Shown here in pieces: positions 48,804-56,970 of a DNA stretch of 64,000 bases. Below the pieces are notes generated by a model. That model did no database searches. It was not told the DNA's origin and saw nothing but the letters and a program-made list of their open reading frames with translations. The translations under genes were made by a program, and so were the position numbers. The number at the start of each line of letters is the position of its first letter. The stretch's first letter is position 1. The DNA is from Vulcanimicrobiales bacterium. GTDB taxonomy: Bacteria > Vulcanimicrobiota > Vulcanimicrobiia > Vulcanimicrobiales > Vulcanimicrobiaceae. Location of the stretch: assembly GCA_038231455.1 (NCBI GenBank), contig JBBRLI010000004.1, positions 64,001 to 128,000 of the forward strand. Reading direction: 5' to 3'.

Positions 48804-48844
48804 AAAACCCGGCGAACGTATTGGTCATACGTTCGCCGGGTTTT
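48804..48844. terminator. Bidirectional intrinsic terminator
   Basis: AAAACCCGGCGAACGTAT-tggtc-ATACGTTCGCCGGGTTTT perfect inverted repeat. Confidence 0.85.
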
Positions 48845-48855
48845 CTCTTTGTCGC

Positions 48856-49758
48856 TTAGGGATATTTTTCGAACGCGATCTGACCGCCCGGATAATCCAG
48901 CGTCACGATGTAGCGTTCGAGCAGACTCATGCCGATGAGTCCGGCCGCATACGGATCCGACCAGATGCCGGTGTTTGCCGTTGAGAGTTGCGTTGGCACC
49001 GGACCCAGTGCCATCGATCCGAGCGTGAGCGCGAGCGGTCGCGATTCCAGAAAGCGCGTGTCGCCGGGATTATCCGTCGCGGCACTGCCGGTCGTCCGTG
49101 TGTAGAGCGTATGCGAACTCACGAACGGCGAGGTGAGAATCAAGCTGCTCGTGGTGTTCGTATCGAGCATGAACACACCGGCGATACCATCGACAACGCC
49201 TTCAACGGCGGGGACTTGCCCGCGCTTGATCTCCAGCGGCAGGACGCTTCCCGCAAGCGGAACCGTATCGGTTACGGGATCGGAGAACGTGATCGTTGCC
49301 GCGCGCACGTCGATACGCGACCGCAACCGCGCGAAGAGCGGATACCCGATCGCTCCATCGAGCGAGCCGTGCTTCCAATTCGCGACTGCCGTGAGGTTCT
49401 TGAGCTGGACGCCTTCGATATCCATGAGCGGAACGACGGCGATTTTCGGCTGCGGCGTCCCGCTCAAGGCCGACGTTGCCGCTGCGGACGGCGGCGGCGG
49501 CGGCTGATCGACGAGCGGAATCTTTGCCTCCGCGAGCGCTTCGGGCGAGAGTTGGAGACGCGCGTTCGAACTCAGCATCAGAGAGAACGGCCCCGCACCG
49601 TTGATCGTGGCTTGAATCACGATCCGTTTGCGCGAGTAGGTCATCGGAACGACCACGCGCGGGGATGCGAGGACGACCTCACCCGGCGCCGGTGTCGGCG
49701 CAGGCGTCGGCCCAATTCCAAGCTGCAGCGCGGCCGCAGCAACGACGGCGAGGATCAC
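48856..49758 (-). CDS. Secreted tandem retropepsin-like (aspartyl protease-like) protein with degenerate active sites
   Basis: ATINGAGPFSLMLSSNA / DGAIG and GVFMLDTNT / AGLIG...VTLDY two-domain pattern. Confidence 0.65.
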   Translation of the reverse strand: MILAVVAAAALQLGIGPTPAPTPAPGEVVLASPRVVVPMTYSRKRIVIQATINGAGPFSLMLSSNARLQLSPEALAEAKIPLVDQPPPPPSAAATSALSGTPQPKIAVVPLMDIEGVQLKNLTAVANWKHGSLDGAIGYPLFARLRSRIDVRAATITFSDPVTDTVPLAGSVLPLEIKRGQVPAVEGVVDGIAGVFMLDTNTTSSLILTSPFVSSHTLYTRTTGSAATDNPGDTRFLESRPLALTLGSMALGPVPTQLSTANTGIWSDPYAAGLIGMSLLERYIVTLDYPGGQIAFEKYP

Positions 49759-49875
49759 GACGCGAACGGCCCGGCGTCACTGCGCGCGACTACGATACGC
49801 ATACACCCCTCATTTCGCTCTGCGATACCAACGCCTCGCGCGCGAGTTTCGTTCCGTCGTCCTGGCCGACGCAGT

Positions 49876-50853
49876 CTACGCCAAATACGGTTCGAAGGGC
49901 GCGACCGGGACCAAAATCCGATCGAGGTCGGCGAAAATCTCTGCGTCGAGGCGCAGATCGGCCGCAACGACGTTGTCCTCGACGTGGGCGGTCTTCGTCG
50001 CCCCCACGATGACCGAACTGACGACGTCTTCGCGCAAACACCAGGCAAGGGCAAGCTGTGCAAGCGTGCACTGTGCGCGCTCGGCGATTGGTTTGAGATG
50101 CTGGACGGCCTCGAGGATCGACTCCGTGAAATATTCTTCGAGCGTCCATTTTTGTGCATCGTTTCCGGCGCGCGTGTCGGCGGGCGGGTGTTCGACCGAG
50201 GCATATTTCCCGCTGAGTACGCCCATCGCGAGCGGCGACCAGACCACGTTCCCAAGCCCGTATTCACGACACGTTGGAAACACGCGATCTTCGACGCGAC
50301 GCCACAGGGCGTTATATTGCGGCTGATTGCTCGTCGGCTCGGCCCAGCCACGCGCGCGGCACAGTTGGACGGCGCTTGCGATCTGATCGGCCGTCCACTC
50401 CGAGACGCCCCAATAAAGAATCTTTCCGGCGCGCACGAGATCGTTCATCGCGGCGCACGTTTCGTCGAGCGGTGTATGGCGATCGAACCGGTGGCATTGG
50501 TAGAGATCGATGTAATCAACACCCAGACGTTTGAGCGAGAGATCGCTCTGCTCGCGAATGTGTTTGCGTGAGAGGCCACTTTGATTGGGACCCTCACCCA
50601 TCGGAAAAAACACTTTGGTCGCGAGCACGATCGAATCGCGCGGATAGTCGCGCAGCGCGCGTCCGACGACTTCTTCGGAACGGCCGCGCGCGTACACATT
50701 CGCGGTATCAAAGAAGTTAACGCCGAGTTCGTAGGCGCGTGCGATGCACGCGCGCGCTGTGTCTTCCTCGACGCTGCCGCCATACGTGAGCCACGAACCG
50801 AGACCGACTGTAGAAACCTGGACGCCCGCGCGACCTAACCGACGATACTGCAT
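49876..50853 (-). CDS. Aldo/keto reductase (Kv-beta-like)
   Basis: GLGSWLT, FDTANVY, ATKV, YQCHR, GVSEW, WSPLA. Confidence 0.93.
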   Translation of the reverse strand: MQYRRLGRAGVQVSTVGLGSWLTYGGSVEEDTARACIARAYELGVNFFDTANVYARGRSEEVVGRALRDYPRDSIVLATKVFFPMGEGPNQSGLSRKHIREQSDLSLKRLGVDYIDLYQCHRFDRHTPLDETCAAMNDLVRAGKILYWGVSEWTADQIASAVQLCRARGWAEPTSNQPQYNALWRRVEDRVFPTCREYGLGNVVWSPLAMGVLSGKYASVEHPPADTRAGNDAQKWTLEEYFTESILEAVQHLKPIAERAQCTLAQLALAWCLREDVVSSVIVGATKTAHVEDNVVAADLRLDAEIFADLDRILVPVAPFEPYLA

Positions 50854-50931
50854 GACGCGTTCTTACGCGTTACGGACCGAAAACCATTACTTCTTGCTTG
50901 CAGCAAGCACCGGGCAGTATACTGCGTACAC

Positions 50932-52647
50932 ATGGTAGCCTTGCGCGCACTGGCGGCCTTCGGGATCGTCGCCCTCGTTCTTGCGATCGTCGCACCGGCG
51001 ATGTTCGCGAATCCGCCGCGCGCGTTTAGCGGGATCTCGCTACAGGAGCACGACGGTGCGTACATCGGTTCGACGACCGTTCGCATCGAGCCGGACTCCC
51101 CGGCCGCGCGCGCCGGCTTACAAACGGGTGATGCGATCTCGTGCATCAGTCCGCGAACGTTAACGATCCTCGTCGAACGCAATGGCGAAACGGCACGCTA
51201 CGTTCCGGGAGCCCGTCCGCTCTGCGTGCGGCGCGACGGTCGCTGGCAAGCCTACTCGGTGACGCCGGCGCAGCATCCCATGAAAGGCAACCAGTACGGT
51301 TCGCTTTACGTGTCGGCGTTGCGTCTTGCCGTGTTCGTGGCGTTCGCGGCGATCGGGATCTTTCTCGTCATGGTGCGTCCGGGTGCGCTGACGTGGATTT
51401 TCTACGCCTTCGCACTTTCGAACGTACCGATACACGTTGCAGGTCTCAATAATACGAATTATCCGGAGCTCGCATACAATATCGTCGATACGCTGCTGCG
51501 ATCGTTCACCATTGCAAGCTCGGCATTCATGTTGCTCTTTGCGCTACTCGTGCCGGACGATCGCGCGCCGAGGGGTTGGCGACTTGTCGCCGCCCGGAGC
51601 GCGTGGCTGCTGGTCATCGCGATGGCCGGGGTGCAGATCGCTCAAGCATTCCGTTTGGATATCACCTTCGCGCGCACGTTGGAAATGGTCCTCGATTGGA
51701 TCGCGACGGTGGGTATCGCGATCGTGCTGATCGCGCGACTCGCCCTAACGCGGGGCGAGGTACGTGCCCGCGTCGCGTGGGCAGCGGGAGCGATCCTTCT
51801 CGGCGCGCTCATCAGCGACTTGCGCCACCGACTACCGCTCGAATACGGCGCGTTGTCCGGCTCGGCGACAATCGTAACGCCCCTCGCCCTGATGTACGCG
51901 ATCGTGAAGCGCCGCATCATCGATATCCGTTTCATCATCAGCCGAACCGTGGTCTACGCGACCCTGACGACGATCGTCGTTGCCATCATCGGGCTGCTCG
52001 ACTACGCGACGACCACGCTCCTTGCCCGCGCTCGCGTGGCGATGGCGATCGAGGCGCTCGTGACGGTGGCACTTGGCTTCGCCCTCAACAGCGCGCATCG
52101 GCGGATTGAAAACGCCGTTGATTCATTGATTTTCCGTAAGAAATATATGGCGCAGATCTATCTACAGCGGCTGGGTAAGACGCTGCTTCGTGCATTACAC
52201 GAAGAGACCATCGACCGCGCACTCGTCCACGATCCCTACGAAAAATTAGGCCTGACGATGTCCGCACTCTTTCGCGCCGAAGGCACGTCGTTCGCGCTTT
52301 CTTGCGCAGCGGGTTGGAGCCACCCAACGGCACAGATCTTCGAGGGCGATCACGATCTGGTTCGCTTTCTGCTCACCGAACGCGCCCCGCTCCACGTGGA
52401 CGAGCTGCGTTCGGCGATCGCAGCGCAACTGCGGGAGAACGACATCGACCCGGCCGTTGTCGTTCCGATATTCCAGGACGACGAGCTCACGGCATTCGCC
52501 CTCTTTGGTCTCCATCGCAATGGAACGCGCCTCGATCGCGACGAGATCGAAACGCTGGAGCGGCTGTGCGAGGCCGGTGCTCAGGCCTACACGCGGGTCG
52601 AAAATCTGCGCTATCGCGCGCTGGCGCGCACGCAGACGACCGTGTAA
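50932..52647 (+). CDS. Membrane sensor-like protein: PDZ-like, multi-TM, GAF-like, no output domain
   Basis: EPDSPAARAGLQTGD.I (PDZ-like); YAIVKRRIIDIRF; C-terminal VVVPI...FG.HRNG..LDRDE...L..L. Confidence 0.6.
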   Translation: MVALRALAAFGIVALVLAIVAPAMFANPPRAFSGISLQEHDGAYIGSTTVRIEPDSPAARAGLQTGDAISCISPRTLTILVERNGETARYVPGARPLCVRRDGRWQAYSVTPAQHPMKGNQYGSLYVSALRLAVFVAFAAIGIFLVMVRPGALTWIFYAFALSNVPIHVAGLNNTNYPELAYNIVDTLLRSFTIASSAFMLLFALLVPDDRAPRGWRLVAARSAWLLVIAMAGVQIAQAFRLDITFARTLEMVLDWIATVGIAIVLIARLALTRGEVRARVAWAAGAILLGALISDLRHRLPLEYGALSGSATIVTPLALMYAIVKRRIIDIRFIISRTVVYATLTTIVVAIIGLLDYATTTLLARARVAMAIEALVTVALGFALNSAHRRIENAVDSLIFRKKYMAQIYLQRLGKTLLRALHEETIDRALVHDPYEKLGLTMSALFRAEGTSFALSCAAGWSHPTAQIFEGDHDLVRFLLTERAPLHVDELRSAIAAQLRENDIDPAVVVPIFQDDELTAFALFGLHRNGTRLDRDEIETLERLCEAGAQAYTRVENLRYRALARTQTTV

Positions 52648-52658
52648 TCCACCTTCCG

Positions 52659-53189
52659 CTACGGTTGGGCTTTCGGTTCCTCGCTGACGTGCGGGAATTT
52701 GTGTAATACCACGCGTTCGAAACGGCGCAGCCAGTGCGTGTTCCACGGATCGTGCTTCGAGAGCGGCGGCACGAGAATCGTATCGAGCCCGCAAATGCGC
52801 GCTCCTAAAATATCGGTAAAGAGCTGATCCCCGATCACAATGACCGCCTCTTTTGGAAGTTGCATCAGCTCGAGCGCGCGCCGATAGCCGCCTTGAAGCG
52901 GTTTGCGGGCGTTCGGAACGATCGGAATGTTCAAGAGTTCGGCGACTTCGCGCGCCCATGGGCGGCCGTTGTTCGTGAGCATGACGACTTGGATTCCCGC
53001 CGCTTGCGCGCGCGCGATCCAGGCCGATTCTTCCGGCAGCGGCTCGTGCGTACGATAGCCGACGAGCGTATTATCGAGATCGATCAACGCACCGCGAATT
53101 CCGGCAACGCCGAGTTTAGCGATATCGATTTCGGATATCCGTTCGGCATACGAAGTGGGCCAGAACCAGCGGCGTCCACGCAATCTCAT
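52659..53189 (-). CDS. yqeG: YqeG-family HAD IIIA phosphatase
   Basis: DLDNTL, TNN, ARKP, IGDQLFTDILG. Confidence 0.9.
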   Translation of the reverse strand: MRLRGRRWFWPTSYAERISEIDIAKLGVAGIRGALIDLDNTLVGYRTHEPLPEESAWIARAQAAGIQVVMLTNNGRPWAREVAELLNIPIVPNARKPLQGGYRRALELMQLPKEAVIVIGDQLFTDILGARICGLDTILVPPLSKHDPWNTHWLRRFERVVLHKFPHVSEEPKAQP

Positions 53190-54103
53190 CGGATTTTCGG
53201 GATCCGATCTTTGGGCACGAGTACGGCAAGCGCACCGGGGTGCGTCTTGAATTCGGCCGGCAGGCGCGTTGCAGGTTCGCCGTCGGCGAAGACGTGGTGC
53301 GCCTTGCGACCGCGCACTTTGAACGACTTTCCGCGCAGCGTCTGCACTTCGTCGACCTCGGTGAATTTGTGGAGCGCGACGGCGGCTGCGACTTTGAGGC
53401 CGCTCCGCCAATCGGCAACATCGATCGAATACAGTTCCATCACGCCGTCGTCGATCGAGGCATTCTCATTCTCGACCACTCCGCCGAAACGATAGGAGTT
53501 GGCAACCGTCAGTTGCACCGTCTTAAACGCGCGCACGCTCCCGTCTTCCAGCTCGACTTCGAGATGATAGGGATGCACGTGTGGAAAGGCGCGCAGCGTC
53601 GTGATGGGCACGGTAAGCATGCCGAGCTTCTTCTTAAGCGGACCGGTCTGCTGGCGCGCGATGTGGGTCGAGAGCCCGATACTCGCTTCGTTCAAATAGT
53701 ATTTACCGTTGACCGATGCGACGTCGATCGTCTGCACGACACCCTCATCGACGAGCGCGCACGCTGCTTCGAGGTCGAACGGAATTCCGAGCGTGCGCGA
53801 GAGTTCGTTAATCGTCCCCAGCGGCAAGATCGCAAGCGGCACGTTCGCCGCGCGTAGTCCGTCGATCGCGGAGATTAAGGTACCGTCGCCGCCGCCGATG
53901 ATTGCCACATCGATCTTGCCCTGGTGTTCTTTGAGGGCACGGACGAGCGATTCTGGACCATCCATCGGCACGCGCAACACCGTATGCCCGCGTGCTTCGA
54001 GGAATCGGACCGCCTGCTCGGCGGCATCCGCACCCCGGCGTGCACGGGTGTTCACGGCGAGGAAGACGCGTTTGCGTGCACCGGTATCTGGATGACTTGC
54101 CAT
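53186..54103 (-). CDS. YegS/BmrU-family lipid (diacylglycerol) kinase
   Basis: GGGDGT, PLGTINE, N...FGG, ADGE. Confidence 0.9.
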   Translation of the reverse strand: MASHPDTGARKRVFLAVNTRARRGADAAEQAVRFLEARGHTVLRVPMDGPESLVRALKEHQGKIDVAIIGGGDGTLISAIDGLRAANVPLAILPLGTINELSRTLGIPFDLEAACALVDEGVVQTIDVASVNGKYYLNEASIGLSTHIARQQTGPLKKKLGMLTVPITTLRAFPHVHPYHLEVELEDGSVRAFKTVQLTVANSYRFGGVVENENASIDDGVMELYSIDVADWRSGLKVAAAVALHKFTEVDEVQTLRGKSFKVRGRKAHHVFADGEPATRLPAEFKTHPGALAVLVPKDRIPKIR

Positions 54104-54125
54104 CTCGGCTGGTAAAGGTTTACTC

Positions 54126-56192
54126 ATGCGCCGTTTCCTTACGCTCGTTACGCTCGTTCTTATCGCTGCATTTGCCACGATCGCCCGCCCCGCCGTGGCG
54201 GATGAAGGCATGTGGACCCTCGATAACTTCCCAACTACGGCGGTCGCCAAGCAGTATGGCTTCAAGGCTACGCCGGCGTTCCTCGATACGCTGCGTACGG
54301 CGTCGGTCCGCCTGCCGGGCTGCTCGGGCTCGTTCGTCTCGGCCAGCGGCCTGATCATGACGAACCACCACTGCGCGCGCGGCTGCATCACGAACAACTC
54401 GAACGAGAAAAACGATTACATCAAAACCGGCTTCTTCGCGGCAAAACAGCAAGACGAACTCGCCTGTCCCGGGTTTTCGATCGTCTCGCTTTTGACCATC
54501 ACCGACGTCACCACGGGCGTGAACGCTGCGACCGCCGGCACGACGGGCGCTGCGTTCAATGCCGCCCAACGCGCGATCTTCTCGAAACTCGAGAGTGCGT
54601 GTGCGCCCGATAAGGGGACGCAGCAGTGCCAAGTCGTCACGCTCTACAACGGCGGACGGTACGCGCTCTACGCGTATCGTAAATACAGCGACGTGCGTCT
54701 GGTGTTCGCGCCCGAAGAAGCCGCCGCGTTCTTCGGCGGCGATCCGGACAATTTCAACTTTCCGCGCTTCGATTTGGATTGCGCGTTCATGCGCGCCTAC
54801 CAAGACGGGAAGCCCGTCACCTCGCCGAATTTCTTCCGTTGGAGCAAGGCCGGACCCTCAGCAAATGAATTGATCTTCGTCCCCGGCAATCCGGGTTCGA
54901 CCTCACGCCTCGAAACGGTCGCCGAACTCGAGTCGCTGCGCGACGTGCAAAACATCGCCGCATTGCGCAGCCTTTCCGAACGCCGCGGACTCTACTCGCA
55001 GTTTGCAACCGAGAGTCCCGAGCACGCGCGTCAAGCAACAAGCGTGCTCTTCGGCATCGAGAACTCGCTCAAAGCGACCATCGGTCACGAGACGACGCTG
55101 CTCGACCCCACGTTCATGGCGAAGAAACGCGCGCAAGAAGCCGCCGACCGCGCAGCGATTGCAAAAAGCCCCGTGCTTGCGAAAAAATTCGGCGGCGCGT
55201 ACGACGCGATCGCCGCCGCGGAATTGCGTGCGCGCGATCTACAAATTACGTATACATACCGCGAGACCCAAGGCGCCCCGGGCTTCTATCTTGCAACAGC
55301 GCGTACGCTCGTGCGAGCCGCAGCCGAGCGAACCAAACCCGATGCGCAGCGTCTGCGCGGCTTCAACGATGCCGCCTTGCCGCAACTCGTCGCGGTCCTG
55401 GGCGCACCCCGTCCGATCTTCGCGGATCTGGAAAAAACCACACTCGCCTACAGCCTGACGAAAACGCGCGAATTTCTTGGGCCTGACGATGCGTACGTCA
55501 AAGCACTGCTTGGCAACGATTCGCCCGAAACGGTTGCAGCACGCATCATCGAGGGTTCGAAACTCGCCGATCCTGCCGCACGCAAAGCCCTCTACGATGG
55601 CGGCGCGGCGGCGATCGCCGCATCGACCGATCCCGCAATCGTCGTGGCTCGCGCGACCGATGCGATGAGCCGCGCAGCCCGGCAAACGTTTGAAGATCAA
55701 GTCGGCGCGCCGATCGCAAAAAACGACGCGCTCGTCGCGCAGGCGCAATTCGCGCTGCACGGTCTCACGACGTATCCCGATGCAACCTTCACGCTGCGCG
55801 TCACCTACGGAACCGTCAAAGGATGGATGGAACGCGGCGCGCCGGTCGCACCGTTCACGACGTTCGGCGGCGCATTCGCGCATGCAACCGGTAGCGATCC
55901 TTTCGCACTGCCAGCATCGTGGACCGCAGCGCGAAGCACGCTCGATCCGGCAACACCGCTCGATTTTGCAAGCACGGCCGACATCATCGGCGGCAACTCC
56001 GGTAGCCCCGTCGTCAACGCGAAAGCCGAAATCGTCGGCTTGATATTCGATGGAAACATCCACTCACTCGGCGGCGACTACGGCTACGACATGCGCGACA
56101 ATCGCGCGGTCGCGGTCGATTCCCTCGGATTGCTGGCAGCGCTACGCACGATCTATCACGCCGACCGCCTCGCAAGCGAACTTGCCCCCTAG
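54126..56192 (+). CDS. S46 dipeptidyl peptidase (DPP7/DPP11 family)
   Basis: Signal peptide then DEGMW, TNHHC, GGD.DN, PDATFTLR, GGNSGSP, FDGN. Confidence 0.93.
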   Translation: MRRFLTLVTLVLIAAFATIARPAVADEGMWTLDNFPTTAVAKQYGFKATPAFLDTLRTASVRLPGCSGSFVSASGLIMTNHHCARGCITNNSNEKNDYIKTGFFAAKQQDELACPGFSIVSLLTITDVTTGVNAATAGTTGAAFNAAQRAIFSKLESACAPDKGTQQCQVVTLYNGGRYALYAYRKYSDVRLVFAPEEAAAFFGGDPDNFNFPRFDLDCAFMRAYQDGKPVTSPNFFRWSKAGPSANELIFVPGNPGSTSRLETVAELESLRDVQNIAALRSLSERRGLYSQFATESPEHARQATSVLFGIENSLKATIGHETTLLDPTFMAKKRAQEAADRAAIAKSPVLAKKFGGAYDAIAAAELRARDLQITYTYRETQGAPGFYLATARTLVRAAAERTKPDAQRLRGFNDAALPQLVAVLGAPRPIFADLEKTTLAYSLTKTREFLGPDDAYVKALLGNDSPETVAARIIEGSKLADPAARKALYDGGAAAIAASTDPAIVVARATDAMSRAARQTFEDQVGAPIAKNDALVAQAQFALHGLTTYPDATFTLRVTYGTVKGWMERGAPVAPFTTFGGAFAHATGSDPFALPASWTAARSTLDPATPLDFASTADIIGGNSGSPVVNAKAEIVGLIFDGNIHSLGGDYGYDMRDNRAVAVDSLGLLAALRTIYHADRLASELAP

Positions 56193-56318
56193 GGAACGCA
56201 GCGTTACGGAGTCTCGGCGGAACAAACGCGCACCGCGTAACGTATAAAGCCACAGGCCCCCGACGCGCAATGAACTCCTGAGTCGCCCAAACCCACTATT
56301 GCACCGTAAGGATTGTTT

Positions 56319-56903
56319 ATGCGAAAGATTCGCTTCGCGATCGCTGCCCTCGCCCTGTCTCTGATCTGCGCGCCTGCAGGCGTGCGTGCCGCCGAGTTTT
56401 CGGATACGATTTGCCCGCAGGCTACCCCCAAAGTGATCGAATTCACCGAGATGGGTGCGCAGCCGAAGATCAACCTCGCCGATCTGCGGAAGGTCACGCA
56501 CGAAGTGGTCGACCGTTACGACGATTGCGCGAAACAAAAATTGGCCGACAAGTACATCGAACCGAAGATGCACTACGCGCAGACGCGCAGCGCGTCGTAT
56601 CTCGTCGTCGCCGCACGCGTCGAGGCGAGCATGACGGACTTCGAGAGCGCGCAGTCCGATCTCGATCGCGCGAAGTTCCTTGCTGCCGAAGTCAGCGATT
56701 GGACGCCGATGTCGCAGTCCTATAGTAGCTCGAATAAGACCGGCCTGAGTTCTGACCATAATACCAGCAAGCGCGATTCCGACTACAAAGAGGCCGCCAA
56801 AGCCATCCTCGCCTCCATCCCCGCTGCTCAGGCGCTCATCCCCAAAATGCAAGTCCAGCCGGCAGCCGACGCGCCGGCACCACGGCCGTCAACGCGCCCC
56901 TAA
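56319..56903 (+). CDS. Secreted hypothetical protein
   Basis: Signal peptide MRKIRFAIAALALSL; AAGGA SD; fills gap. Confidence 0.65.
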   Translation: MRKIRFAIAALALSLICAPAGVRAAEFSDTICPQATPKVIEFTEMGAQPKINLADLRKVTHEVVDRYDDCAKQKLADKYIEPKMHYAQTRSASYLVVAARVEASMTDFESAQSDLDRAKFLAAEVSDWTPMSQSYSSSNKTGLSSDHNTSKRDSDYKEAAKAILASIPAAQALIPKMQVQPAADAPAPRPSTRP

Positions 56904-56933
56904 CTGCCGGGTAAACTCCTTCGCTCGGGCCCC

Positions 56934-56962
56934 TTGTTATCGAACATACGTTCGATTATCAT
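56934..56962 (+). promoter_or_regulatory. SOS promoter of dnaE2 with LexA box in the spacer
   Basis: TTGTTA-tcgaacatacgttcgat-TATCAT; palindrome 56939-56956. Confidence 0.9.
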
Positions 56963-56970
56963 AGGGGCCC

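Noticed and set aside
48804-48844. CGAAC...ATACGTTCG as a fourth SOS box; ACAAAACCCGGC as an RNase P RNA 3' end
   Set aside because: Half-sites are 13 nt apart as arms of a terminator stem; no GAGGAAAGUCC-type RNase P 5' core upstream
42769-56956. Three identical palindromes as CRISPR repeats or transposon ends
   Set aside because: Kilobases apart, each in a promoter spacer of a DNA-damage gene; no spacers, cas or transposase genes
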